64,000 nucleotides of DNA. Origin: Phoronis australis. Taxonomy: Eukaryota > Animalia > Phoronida. The position numbers and the translations under genes were made by a program. Below, one piece after another: positions 13,101-24,560 of this stretch (its first letter is position 1; every line of letters begins with the position of its first letter). The DNA lies in NCBI GenBank assembly GCA_002633005.1, contig NMRA01000049.1, forward strand, positions 387,189 through 451,188, written 5' to 3'. The notes beneath the pieces were generated by a model. The model did no database searches. It was not told the origin of the DNA and worked only from the letters and a program-made list of their open reading frames with translations.

Positions 13101-16100
13101 TTTTATTTCTTCTATTTTTGCTGAACTATATATTTAGGAATGTTTACAAATTCATACGACAGAGCTATAAACCCATCCTTTGCTAGATTTAGGTTGTATC
13201 ATTTAAAGCCTAAAACTTTTCTTTTCTCATAATTAAGGTTCAAATTTTGAGCTTGGTAAGAACTGGCAGTTTAATGACCTTAGGTCAAAGTTCAAGGCTT
13301 TGATAATTACCACATACAGTTAGACATTTTTCGTCAAGCCCTCCCCCCATCCCCCAGTCAAATCAACTTACCAAGTGCTGCCGTCCGGGAAGCCTGAAAA
13401 AACAAACAGTCACCGTGAACATAAAGCACCAGTGCATCCTATCAGTATTACACTGTCAAACTTCACAAAGCTCACTCATACTCCATCAAATTACTTTTTA
13501 ACTTCCGATTAATCCCTTCAATATATAGTGCATTTTATCTCAAGTCTGCATTAAGTCTGCATCAGTGCAAACATTCAAGCTGATTAATCAGGTTTATATG
13601 CACCAAGGCCTGCTGTTACATAGTCATTTCTAGGAATATCACAGCACCCTCTTTAATTCTGTGGCATTTACCCACAATGCTATGCTCCCTTAGACTACTT
13701 GGTCCACCACGTCATTCAAGAACTGTTAGTACTGTGCTATAATGCACTTTGCTCACCTCAATTTCCAGGTGCTGCCTCCTCCAGTTACACAGCAAAACAG
13801 CAGAATTAATGAGAAGCACAATACTGGCCACAATGTTCAAAACTTGTAGGTTGTAGAGGTCACATTTCTTGTCTGGTTTTCAAAATTCAAAAACCTAACC
13901 ACGGCTACTTTTCACAAACTGCTCGAAGATGCTTTTTAAACTTTTCAAAACAAGAATTTAAAAAATACTATTGTCACCCCTAGTGTGCTTATGACAGATC
14001 TGATTAGCTAGAGAAGGATAACATCTGCAGCCAGTAGCCTCCAATGTAGTTGCCTATTACTGCATGGTGTCTTTTGATCATTGCGGCAGATTTCGCGGCA
14101 CGCAAACCAGCCGAGTTGCCCAATCAACACCTAAATCCAATTCCAAACTGGATTTTTTGATTCTGAAATTTTGGACACAGTCGAATGTGGCATTCACAAT
14201 ATTTCTCAAATTTCACACATCAATTTTGGCAACATTGGCCATAATTCTCAAATTTCAGACAGCGCACTTTTATGCATGATCGGAGGTTGAATGTAAATCT
14301 GGAATATCATCGAGTATCGGTGATTATTTACACATCATTTAAAACTGCCCCCCCCCCTGTGTATTGTATTAATTGATGTTGCAGTCTATAGTTATTAATG
14401 TGGACGTTTTGTGTATACCTTGCACATTTTCTTAGCAGCCATAATTATGTACTCAAAATATTTGCCACCCATGATCGTGGTTTCACTATGTCAATAAAAT
14501 ATTGTGTAACCAAGTGAGATCCTGGGTTCAAATTTTCCAGCGAACCTGCAGCCCACTAACCTTCCTTCCGGCGCCCCGACCTTCACTATACCATGCATAC
14601 AAATCAATGAAACGATATTGTAAGCGTCAAGGAAAAACAGAGTTAGTGAAAAGCATAAATCAATGTCCTAGTTTGTTGTGCAGTATACGTTAAAAATATT
14701 CATTTTGAAAATATATCAGATCTTTACGTCTCCTTACTGACATTCTACTTACTAGCCTAGTTGGTATTCTACATGAAATGTTTGGGCTCTCTTGCAGCAA
14801 GGTTAAGAATTTTGAAACCATCTAAATCAGACCTATGGCATGTGATTTGAAAAATGAAACCTGGGTCCGTGGTGGAGATCGAGCTAAATCCGCATAGATC
14901 AATCTAAATCCGCATACATGCATAAAAATCAATTGAATTTATTCACCAGTGGACAGCACTGCTACTGGGCCAGTGAATATAGGACAGATAAAATTACAAC
15001 AGCAATGCCAAGAATGATTATCAGGACGATCCGCTTTTATATTAAAAGACAAGTAGCGTCGAAGAAGCTAACGCAAATGTAGCTGGCTACTTGAACAGTC
15101 ACTTGCATGTGGTGGTGTTTATGTTAAAACTAGGTAGGCTCTACCTCGGTTAAATTGTGATCTGACCTACTGCTATGTTTCGGAATAAAAATTCCAAACT
15201 TTTATAGATTGAATAAACCCCAGTCACATAAAGCAACAGTTCTATAATTGTCAAATAAATGCCCGGACACGTCAGCAAGCGAGTAAAGACCGCGGGGACC
15301 TTATTTACATGCATCTCGTGGTGGGAATGCTGTTTCGCTAAGATCTATTTGAGTGACAGGTGACTAATAAGCATGTCGCACGCGCTGCCCCAGAGACAAT
15401 CCAGGGTTACATTATAATGTAGTCACGTCGTCAGTGTTTGGTTTGCCAACAGTTTCACATCAGTCAAGGCATGTTACACGACAAATATGTTATATTTCCT
15501 ATCACAAAGTTTGGATAGTCGACTTGTGTTCAGAACCAGTAAAATTATGTGAATTTCTTGCCAGCAATAATGATCACAAATCTGCGCAGCTGCTCAAACG
15601 GTCAAAAACTGCAAATCGAAACATTGTAGGGACCTGACCGCATAAATTCTGAGATTTCAGACACTGTCGATTTTGATGTCTTTCTCATTCTCAAATTTGG
15701 GATGACCAATATTGTCTATTTCTAAAATTTCCGACAGGTTCAAAATATTTATTTCTTCACTGTCCTAAATTTGGGAATTTTTACCGTAGACACTATGCAT
15801 TTTACTACCTCAGAAGCGAGTTGAATCCAGAATGTGAGAATTGCTCTGAATATTCAACAAGTGAAAAATGTTTATCCAAGAACACAACTGTCCATAACAT
15901 GACTGCCATACTTGTGAAGAATTGATATTTTCTTAACAATGAATTTTCAAAACGCTCGGCAACACTAGCGTTTGGGCTGATCTTTTTACGACCAGTACAT
16001 ACATGGAAGCAGACCTCAAATGCAGGATTTCCCACCAAGCAACAGAAATATCAGCCATTAAATAACAATGTCATCAATCTGAATATTCAATTTTGAGCTT

Positions 16101-19100
16101 GATGGCAGATCTTCACTATTAGAAGGTAAATAAAAAATGTGAGGTATAGTTCCCTCAACCATGGTCTTAATCACTGACTGGATTAAGGTGTGATTTCATA
16201 ATAAGTTAAAAAGAAGTTCTTGAAACAGTTGCAAATTTCCATCATCATGAAAAAACATGAAAAATCATGATCCAACTCACCACCACAGCCACAATGCACA
16301 AACACAATGAGAATGAGGTCATATTTCTTCTCACTGAATTGTCATCTTCTGAAAACAAGACAAAAGGAAAGTGTTTATATGAGCCAAGTGAGTGGTTTGC
16401 ATACAACGTAAATCTATACAAGGGATGTCATCATCATTATTTTAAACATTTCCACAAAAGGGAAAACTGCTTGACTGAAAAATAAAATACGGAAGTTCTA
16501 AGGGACAAAAAGCAAGTCTCCAATGCTCTCCTGAATAGGAACACACCTACGTTCATTGTGATTCTTCACACAGTTAGGAGGAAACAAGAAGGCAGGCAAC
16601 AAAGAACAGACACGGAAAAAGTAAATTAAGGTTACTACGTATCACCAGGTAGGTCAAATTCATCTGAAATTGGACACTGGTATTGTCATCTAGGTGATAG
16701 AAACTAATTTTGGCAAATTTCCTGTACACTCATCAAGGAACTTGATAATCAAAGCAAATGAAAAGGAAACCAAAATTTACACTGGAGGACATTATAGTCA
16801 GATTAGTCCTCAGATCCATGTCAGTTGTACTCTACTCAACAGAAACACTAAATACCACATCTTATGAAGTCATCCACCAAAGGAACTTGGTAGATATTTA
16901 TAGAAAACTGCCACTAGGGGGTGCCACAATATTCTGACAAAACTGGAACGGCATTGCAGTCACCTCAATGTAAGCTTATCCGCTAAAGTTCATGAAAATC
17001 CTACAAAAAACTAATGGCAGCAGTTGTCGGATCAGTTTGAAGCTAAATGCAGGATTAATTAATGAGCAAATCAAAATAAGAACACTTCTGCCAAACCTCA
17101 TGAAGATTCTGCAGCTTTAAGCTAAGACATACAGCAACAGACGGCGAACACAACAAAATGCTTATTTAATAAAACATATTCTTCACTATATCATTTCAAG
17201 TGCAACAATACACAATACACATAAGAAACTCCTTTGTTGCAAAAATGAGCCATTACCTAAAGAGCACTGAGCCGTAAACCCATATGAACAGCACCAGCAG
17301 GAAAAATTCCTTCCCCAATGTTAATGACCAACTCCAAAGCCAAACTTTAAAGTGTCTCAACCCATAGGAACAGAATCACCCCACACTGTACACAGCAACT
17401 GTTGAAGATCGCAGGCATTATTACATGAGCAACATTTGACTGGCCATGTAGACATGAACCTGTTCCAGTGTGGGTGCATGAGAAGGGGTGGTTAAATCTA
17501 GATAACACCTCTATGCAGCTACTTCCACATAACTCATATGATTGATATATCTATTCTACTTGCACATAAGCATGACACAACATCCCTTACCTGGAATATT
17601 GCAAAACCTCTGAGAATCAAATCAAAAAGACCGCCAGGTGAGCTGCAGAGACAGGATTGTGATAAACATGTCCAGTTACCAGCATCATGCACACTTATGT
17701 GTACACACCTTATAACCAACATGCTGAACAAAGCCAATCACAACAATAGCAGAATAGACTGCTATGAACAGGACAATGAAGTGGGACAGACAACAAATCA
17801 GTACATTTGGGATGCTGGGCTGAACAGGTCAACTACCAGGAAATAACTAGAGCCTGTTCAGCAGTCTGTACAAAGTGACTACAACCCTTAACTTCCTTAT
17901 GGGTCATGAATGAATCCAATCAATATCAAACTTAAAAAACCATAACTACAAAGTTTAATGGAGATTAAATTCCCAGAAAAATGATCCCACCAGGCTCAAA
18001 AATGCGACACTGCTGAACCACAAAAACATTCACAGTGCTTTGGGCATGAGGTGAAAAAGCATGTAGACTACAGGGGCAATGTGTACTTTACATTTTCCTG
18101 AACTTCAGCTGTGTATGTTTAAATAAAAGAAATCAAACACAACCACTTACAGGCCACCAAGCAATTAACAATGGGAAGGGAATTCAGGGGCCACCTACTT
18201 ATATGAAAAAGAGCTGCATTCAACAGCTGATTAAGGTCATCAATCTTAGTGAGCACTGGTTTAATGCATCATGAGATTCTTAGCATGGTGAAAACAGATT
18301 ACTTAAATTGCTAAATTATCAGAGAATTTTGCCCACAGAGTCGCAGTAAACACTAACCATTGTTTTGGTCATGATCAAAAATACCGGCTTCACTTATAAA
18401 AACACATACAAGAGGGCTGTAGTGCACTAGATGTTGCGAAACCAAAACCTTGTTATCAAAAAAATTCACTACGCAAAAGCAGAACGTTTATCCGAATCAG
18501 TTTGTCGACATAGTAGACTTCAAATGACCTGCAATGATCTGCACTATGATAGTGAAATACACAACGAAAACATTTCTTTTGGCTTTATCGCCTTTGGTCA
18601 ACAACTCACACCTAGCAATGCCTCTCAACCTGATACAAAAAATTATTTAGTCTCCTCCTCGGTTTGCACCGTCTTACTAGAGGAATTCATTGTAATCTGA
18701 ATTCGACCGTGTCCATGGTTTAAAAAATTTTGTCAGTGCTTTTACCGCATCTTCATATACGTTGTCTCCTACATAACATCCAAGCATGAGAAAATTCCCC
18801 ACACTTCTTGTCATGCATAATGCAACAGCAATGCTGTCAGTGTCCATGATACCAAATGCCAGTAAGAAATTGTCAAAACACCTTGACCCATAATTCCCAA
18901 CGTGCAAACTGGATCGAGACGTCCCCTAACCCAAGCTGCTCAAATGTAGGTAACCCACCCAAAGCCATCTTACTGTTCATTACTGTCTTATATACTAATA
19001 AATAAATCTAATAAACATCTTCGTTACCACTGCTGTGTAAATGGCCAAATGTGGATAATAATCGACGTTCCGTAAAGAAAAAAAAAACAACTGTATTCGA

Positions 19101-20429
19101 GATGGTGGAACTAACTTACTACAGAGATCGCCATGAGGCGCACTGCACTGCCTGTTTTGCTATCGGCATCCACATGTGATATGTTGCCTAGTCAATATAT
19201 TCAAAACATCATTTCCATAATTGGCACTATTTTAAAGAGGTTAAATGATCTGAGTAAGTGGACTGATGCATGCATGTTACAGGCCTCTCAACAGCTTAAC
19301 ACAAAAAGTAGGGGACAGTGGGATAAGGAAATTGCACAGATAGTATTTTAAGGCCAGGTTCCATATCAATAATGCAAAAATATTTCATTGAAAAACTATG
19401 TTTGTTCACTGAGAAAAGGGTCACATAATTGCTTTAAAAGTTTAAGTTTATGTATCTTAGAGATTGACATAAAGCTTCAGATAGACACTGGCTTGCAATA
19501 AAACACTGGGTATCCAGCTATACGAGTCTCTGGACAACAGTTTCCAAACATTGCAAGAATATAACTACTGTATAAAGGCCACTTTTTATTGAACATTCAC
19601 AGGCTAGCTCGTAAGCCTGATTATGGTGAAGGCAGCAGACCACGACAGGTGGGGTGAGTGTTTAATTACTGGAGTGTTGTTGAAAGCAGTGTATTTTAGA
19701 ACAGGCCGACTATAGCCCTGTACAGGCACTGAAGGACACTTAGCCACGTTAATCAATATGGCATGTCCAAGGCAAGGGTATTGTACCTTAGAGTTAGACT
19801 TGAGAAATATGTAGCACATCGAATAAATTTTGACAGAAAATAACAAAAAATAAGAATTTGAAAAAAAAAATTTGGAACATTGTATTCAGGGCACGTTGGG
19901 AGACGTAACGGTAAGTGTTTACACAACTGTTTAACTATTTACTTTAGGTACGTTAATTAGAGCTTAATCATATAAACTAACCTGGTGATCTAATCTAGTC
20001 AGGGAGGTTGTTGTCCTAGACATGCCACGAGGAATCCCACCACAGATTGTGCTAGACTGTTTGATCAAGAGATCCTACACAACACGCAAAATCCCGAATT
20101 GAGAAACGAAAGTGAGAATGAAACAGCAGCGGTAGCCTAGGTCAACTATACACAGCAGACACTTGACAGTGTTACCCGTTAGACTAGGCAATGACCACCC
20201 GTAGACTAGAGTTAAACTGTGGCTATAGCCTACTTACACGAAACCTTTGAAAAAAACAGTAATCGGAAATAAAGGAGCAGTAATATAAAAAACTCAAGGA
20301 GCCGAAGTCAGTGGGTTATCACGTACTACGCGAGGTAACCAGTCCGGATAAGCTGATGATAAGCGCGAAGATACTGAACGAGGAAATGAAAACAGATTGG
20401 CCTACTTGTTGCTCCATGAACTTCGACAT
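1058..20429 (-). CDS. Multi-exon secreted or membrane FN3-repeat protein, R3 receptor tyrosine phosphatase-like ectodomain; 5' part only, continues left of the window
   Basis: Ten GT-AG exons splice in frame: 20429-20327, 19187-19120, 13393-13372, 12824-12411, 11933-11688, 9102-8854, 7748-7500, 2693-2409, 1649-1458, 1147-1058. Product is signal peptide + Cys domain + 5 FN3. No TM or PTP domain is in the window, so PTP identity is inferred. Confidence 0.85.
1458..1649 (-). CDS. Exon: N-terminal half of an FN3 domain (PGSPEKP...SVTLSWTSPSKPNGVILKY...GLIPG)
   Basis: Acceptor attgcag, donor gtaaga, 192 nt; W..P..PNG.I..Y motif. Confidence 0.92.
1916..2065. mobile_element. MITE, PIF/Harbinger-like
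   Basis: TIRs GGCCCAGTTGCATAAA / TTTATGCAACTCAGCC flanked by CAG/CTG (CWG-type target). Confidence 0.65.
2409..2693 (-). CDS. Exon: complete FN3 domain (PAAPGEL...SLHVQW...GLTPGKPYKV...FTTEEI)
   Basis: Acceptor cctttag, donor gtaagt, 285 nt, phase 1-1. Confidence 0.92.
2790..6135 (+). repeat. Degenerate ~140 bp tandem array (trimeric higher-order repeat) in a probable non-autonomous Helitron/Helentron-type (HINE/pearl-like) element; each unit carries a CTCF-like motif
   Basis: Recurrent aaaaWTGCCACTAGRDGGCRC and ccaaatttcatgaaaatcc. Ends in a GGAC/AGAC microsatellite (6054-6085) and an imperfect hairpin tgcgtccac...gtgggcgta followed by taaaaa. Confidence 0.8.
6420..6760 (+). mobile_element. 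Solo end of a TIR DNA element; same family as 36870-37195
   Basis: Colinear similarity to 36870-37195 (gcgccatctatac...gactgcgtgtgggaa...cctggt.at.tcttcctg). Confidence 0.7.
7500..7748 (-). CDS. Exon: FN3 domain with two Cys (tandem duplicate, copy B)
   Basis: Acceptor ctttccag, donor gtgagt, 249 nt; VIW...SYKV.C...C.GLTPGTEY. Confidence 0.92.
8854..9102 (-). CDS. Exon: FN3 domain with two Cys (tandem duplicate, copy A)
   Basis: Same splice sites and 249 nt length as 7500-7748; highly similar protein. Confidence 0.92.
9582..9612 (-). pseudogene. Truncated pseudo-exon (first ~31 nt of a third FN3 exon copy; acceptor intact, donor deleted)
   Basis: ctttccag|AGGTATCTGCAGCTAGTATTACCACACTGGT, then an abrupt join to intron sequence. 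Confidence 0.75.
10532..10770 (+). mobile_element. tRNA-derived SINE
   Basis: A box TGGCGTGGTTG, B box GGTTCGAGTCC, A-tail, TSD aaatcctgag (10525-10534 / 10768-10777). Second copy at 58483. Confidence 0.9.
11688..11933 (-). CDS. Exon: FN3 domain (GTPTTP...SVTVSWNAP...FDKLAAGSTYTIQVVA...VKT)
   Basis: Acceptor ttttctag, donor gtaagc, 246 nt, phase 1-1. Confidence 0.92.
12411..12824 (-). CDS. Exon: N-terminal beta-rich domain with 4 Cys (C....FLC...Y.DSN..ND..C......C)
   Basis: Acceptor gttatag (alternative in-frame cag 6 nt downstream), donor gtaaga, 414 nt, phase 1-1. Confidence 0.88.
13030..13064 (+). other. Degenerate hammerhead-like motif of a Penelope-type pLTR remnant
   Basis: cccTTGATAAagagcgcatcactcGAAACATGggg; the core deviates from CUGANGA and lacks a GUC cleavage triplet. 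Confidence 0.35.
13372..13393 (-). CDS. 22-nt micro-exon (ASRTAAL)
   Basis: Strong acceptor tttgttttttcag and donor gtaagt; phase 0-1 fits both neighbours. Confidence 0.75.
16480..17160 (+). repeat. Older, shorter copy of the CTCF-motif repeat family
   Basis: aaactgccactagggggtgcc (16911), caaattcatctgaaa, aaagttcatgaaaatcc, aaacctcatgaagattc. Confidence 0.65.
19120..19187 (-). CDS. Exon 2 (SNISHVDADSKTGSAVRLMAISV)
   Basis: Acceptor ctag, donor gtaagt, 68 nt, phase 1-0; links the signal-peptide exon to the micro-exon. Confidence 0.65.
20327..20429 (-). CDS. First coding exon, signal peptide (MSKFMEQQVGQSVFISSFSIFALIISLSGLVTSR)
   Basis: ATG at 20429 (alternative at 20417), hydrophobic core, donor gtacgt in phase 1. 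Confidence 0.7.
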
Positions 20430-21429
20430 GAACCTCAGTTAATAAAGGTTATGCAGCTCCTACTACATTCTTCTAAGTCCAAATTTAAACCGAATTCGAC
20501 AGCAAAAACCAACTGTTATCAAGATGATGTGTTATCAACCAGTTTTTAAACTTTACTGCTTACCGAAGTTCACTTGCACCGCATACCATGTCTATGCGCG
20601 CTGACAGTGCTACCTGTGGGTAAACAGACACACTTCACTTTCTGTCCTCAACGTGGCTTCAGTGTCAGTGAAGGCCCGGGGTCAATAAAAGGAGTTTAGT
20701 ACAACTGTACTATACTACTTGGTTTGAGTCCCAAGTGGCCTTGCGTATTAGACAAAAGATCTCACTGACTAAGAGGAAAAACATAAATGCTAACTTTTTG
20801 TAAAATTAAACTGCTGTAAATTAGTTTTTCAAAACTTTTCTCCTATCGGATACATTTTCTTTTGACATACATGTGTATGGAACACTCGTTCCACAATTGC
20901 CATCCAAAATATCGTAACGGTGAAAACAGTGGTCACTGCATTATCAAATAAATGAACAACTTAAAGAGGTGTGGAACGCGAAAGCTCGCAAAACATCGTT
21001 TTAAATAGTCTGGGACAAATCTAGTATATAGGGGATGTTAACATAAGAGTTATTCACTTTGAGCCTGAGTATTGCAAGAATTTTTAGAAGAAATTGTCAA
21101 ATTCACTATTTTTGAAACACAGACGAAATATAAATTTTTTCATTCAAATTTTCAGTTTCTCTGCTCCAAATAATGTATAGGCGAGATGCGCTCAAAGGAG
21201 TCCGACTCCAGTCAGGCTGACTGGCTGCTGCTTCAAATCGCAACTAATTTGTTTACACCAAAGGTCAATGGTCACATTTTCATCGCAAGGGATATCTGCC
21301 ACGCCTATGTGTTGCCGTACGAAGTAAGGAGAGCTGCTTTGCCATGCAAGAGAAAAATCGACTAAGTGGACAGCAGATATCTTTTTGAAATATGAAATCC
21401 GTTGTCACGAAGAGAAATTCAAAATTTGG

Positions 21430-21470
21430 CGAAGTGGGCAAAAAGGTCCGCCTCAGAGAAACAAAAAATT
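21430..21470 (+). repeat. Interspersed repeat core shared with 52329-52365 (and reversed near 24070-24110)
   Basis: cgaagtgggcaaaaaggtccgcctcagagaaacaaaa is present at both loci; element boundaries not resolved. Confidence 0.7.
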
Positions 21471-22249
21471 CCGAGAAAAACGAGGCAAAACTCCACTGAA
21501 AAGACGCAGACGCACAGTTTACAGTTTCGAACGGTAGTACCCCGTTTTTTTTGGTGCTACCGATATTTTTTCGAGCCCTCCCACATTGAAGGCTGGGTGC
21601 GTGCATGCTTTTCTATCCTTCCCACCACTTCCCTTATCTGATAGGCAGCGCGCCGGCTCAGCCGGAAAATTTAGAACTCTTTTCTCACGCACGTTTGACC
21701 CTCTCACTGATTCAAATGTCCCCGATCCAACTGAGGAAGCACCAGTTTTCGCTTCTCAGTCACGGACATGATATTCTTTGCTTGTAAGCAGACCAGCCTA
21801 GCTCCCACACGGTGGCCAGCACGCTGTTATTTTCTCTGCCTTAGTGCATATTACTAAAAAGCAAGGTATGTACATTTCCCTTGCCGGGCGACACAATTGA
21901 GCACACAATGCTTCACTCACGCACGTGTTTCCCCTCTCACAGATACAAATCACCTATCCGCACCGCTTTGTCGATTGCGTCTAAAGAAACATTTCGTTGG
22001 CGCACTCCCCGATCGACAAAGGCTCCTTTGCCCGGTTACATGAAACAGTATCAAAACAGTGATATATTTACATTCGTAATCATATGTCATAGCAATCAGT
22101 TTTTCAATTTATGTATTTGTGTAAAATAATTGTATATAGATTTCTTTGTACTTATTTAATCTAGATACAATGCCTCTTGGCGCTTTCTGAGCATATTCAT
22201 TGTACTGATTCATTGTATTGAAGATTTCATAATAAACATTTATAAAAAA

Positions 22250-22650
22250 GTTCCATACAGGGACTCAGCTAAGTTCCCTAAATGTTTTGCATTTTTTTTT
22301 CGTTCGTTACACACAGATGTAACATCTATCTATAATTTTATCTTCATTATGAGCTTTTTGACTAATGACATTTTCTAATAATGTTAACTAAAAACCGAGC
22401 CCTTAAGTCTGTCAAAATAATTAGGTATTTACTAGTCATTAAATTAGGTGCGTTGCATGAAAAGTTCCCTGTTTATTTTCACTATTATTGAGAATGTAAC
22501 GTAAATTACAAACTCGATTTGTACCAAAATCAAAAATTGACTTTTTAATGAAACTCAAATAGCATCAGAATGGACAATCAGTGTTTTCACAAGCCCACAA
22601 ATACGCAATAGATTTTGGGAACTAAGTTAGTTGAGCCCCTGTTTGGGACT
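22250..22650. mobile_element. MITE with imperfect TIRs
   Basis: gttccatacagggactcagctaagttcc versus ggaactaagttagttgagcccctgtttgggac. Confidence 0.55.
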
Positions 22651-22904
22651 GTTTCTAAAGATATTCAAATACTTCAAGTAAAGGCTTTTTGACTTCATGC
22701 CAGAAACATTTATATAATTTACAATTTAACCAGTCATTTCCTGGAGACGTTGTTGTTTTTACAAACTTCAAAACATTCCCCCTCGCTTAAAAAGTCGTCC
22801 AGTTGCTAAATATCACTGGGGTATTTCTTTTGTGAAGGGTATAGGAGTTGGAGTTCCATTTGACAAATTGTGAAAACAGTGGATTAATTTGATCATGGTT
22901 TTAA

Positions 22905-23260
22905 GTGCCGTACACAGACTTGCCCTAGAACAAGTTACTCCTGGAACGGGTTCTCGCTAGGTTTGAGTGCTGTGTGAACGCTGTTAACTAGCGCAAGTCA
23001 TCGCACAAAAAAAGTGGGACAAGTTGAACTAGTGTAAGTTGTTCTTGGGTAGGCTAATTTGTGTGGATAGGTAAAGCAAGTTGTTCTAGGGTAACTTGTG
23101 CCACTTCTTATTCCTGTACAGGCGGTGTTCTCTTGCGGCCGTATTCACGTATGTTCATTGTCGCGCAGAGTGACATCTTCCGCATTATCCTTGTTATCGG
23201 ATGTGTGTGTGTATGTGGACGCTAGTGCAAGTTGTTCTGGTGTAGCCTGTGTGTGGATGG
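22905..23260. mobile_element. Probable Harbinger-type MITE with internal repeats
   Basis: Ends gccgtacacag / gtgtggatggg; recurrent ctag.gcaagtt and gttctaggg motifs. Confidence 0.35.
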
Positions 23261-24489
23261 GAATTTAGACTGCCTATGTAAACGAAGCAAGAAAAACTAA
23301 GCATCTTTCCTGTCCTCAATGAACTGGAATTTAGGCTTCATCGTATGCCCACGAGATCCTTTATTTTGTAATACTTCCAGATCAGTTTTTGGTCTCTCCA
23401 AATTCTGAACAATTCCCAAACCAGCTCTACCTTCACACATTTCTGTCCTGTTAATTTACTTTTCCCTAAAGTCTGCAGCTTTATCTTCTGACTCGAGCGC
23501 TCACATGCACACTCTGCGTAATACGTGCACCCAAGCATAATATGCGCGTGCTGAAAAACTTTGAACTGAATAGGTCCAGCCATGGCCCCGTTGTGCTACG
23601 CCTGTTCACTGAGATAACAAGCGCTTTGACAAAAATCGATGTCTAAAAATCACAGGTGCGAAAGTTTTAACAGAGTGGCAGTGCTACCAGAATCACTGAA
23701 GTTGAGGCTCTTACTCAGCTCACAAATTGGCTAAAATGCTAGTCTAAAGAAAACACTTAAATCTGCACTCGGTACCTGTAATGGTTTGTGCATCTTAGAC
23801 ATGGCAGTGCAGCTGCGGACGCCGGACGCCCGACGAACAAAGATGACGGCGATGTGCGCCTAGATATGAATATATGAGGGCACGCGGGCATAAAAATGAA
23901 AGTCCTAAACTTTGCAGAAACAAGGGTTTTGGGGTCAGTTTTTATGAAGGCTGATACTAGTATGAAGTCCTCGGAGACGTATTCGTAAGGAAAATAAACA
24001 GCACTTGGTTTTCGCAAACAAGGGGGCTCCAACGACATTAAAAAATGACCGCGTGAATACCCCGTTTTTTCTTTGAGTTCTCTGAGGGGAAGGCGGACTT
24101 TCTCGCTTTTTTGATGAATGGACTGAACAGAACCCGATGACAGTGACGACTTAACAGTGCGAAGAGTGCAACTACATGTGTATATGCAAATGAGCTGGTG
24201 AACCAAGGTTTTTTGGCACAGCCTGGTATATTTAGATTTGAAAACGAAGTCATGAACACTCCATTCTTGAAAACATATTCTTGTTATAAACCTCTGGAGA
24301 CATTGAAAAAGTTGACATTGAAGAAAGACTTTTACTGAGCAGTACATCCACTCATCTAATGTTGAAACGTTTATTTTACGAGACGAGTCTTTGTCTCTGC
24401 GAATTTATAGATGATGTCTTCAAAGTACATGTAAATGGATTTGAATGCTTCTATCCCAGTTGACAGAATGTCATGACTTTTCAGTTTGC

Positions 24490-24560
24490 TGAAATATGTT
24501 TGCAAGTTGCCACTGAGACAGGCATGGTCAACAATATCTGCAACGCAGTTCTCAGGTTTG
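24490..24560 (-). mobile_element. hAT transposase dimerization-domain fragment
   Basis: DLFPNLRTALQILLTMPVSVATC matches the Dimer_Tnp_hAT pattern FPN...L.ILLT.PV....CERSFS. Confidence 0.7.

Noticed and set aside
13372-13437. Alternative first exon MHWCFMFTVTVCFFRLPGRQHL
   Set aside because: Ends in phase 0 while the next exon needs phase 1; the hydrophobic stretch is the polypyrimidine tract.
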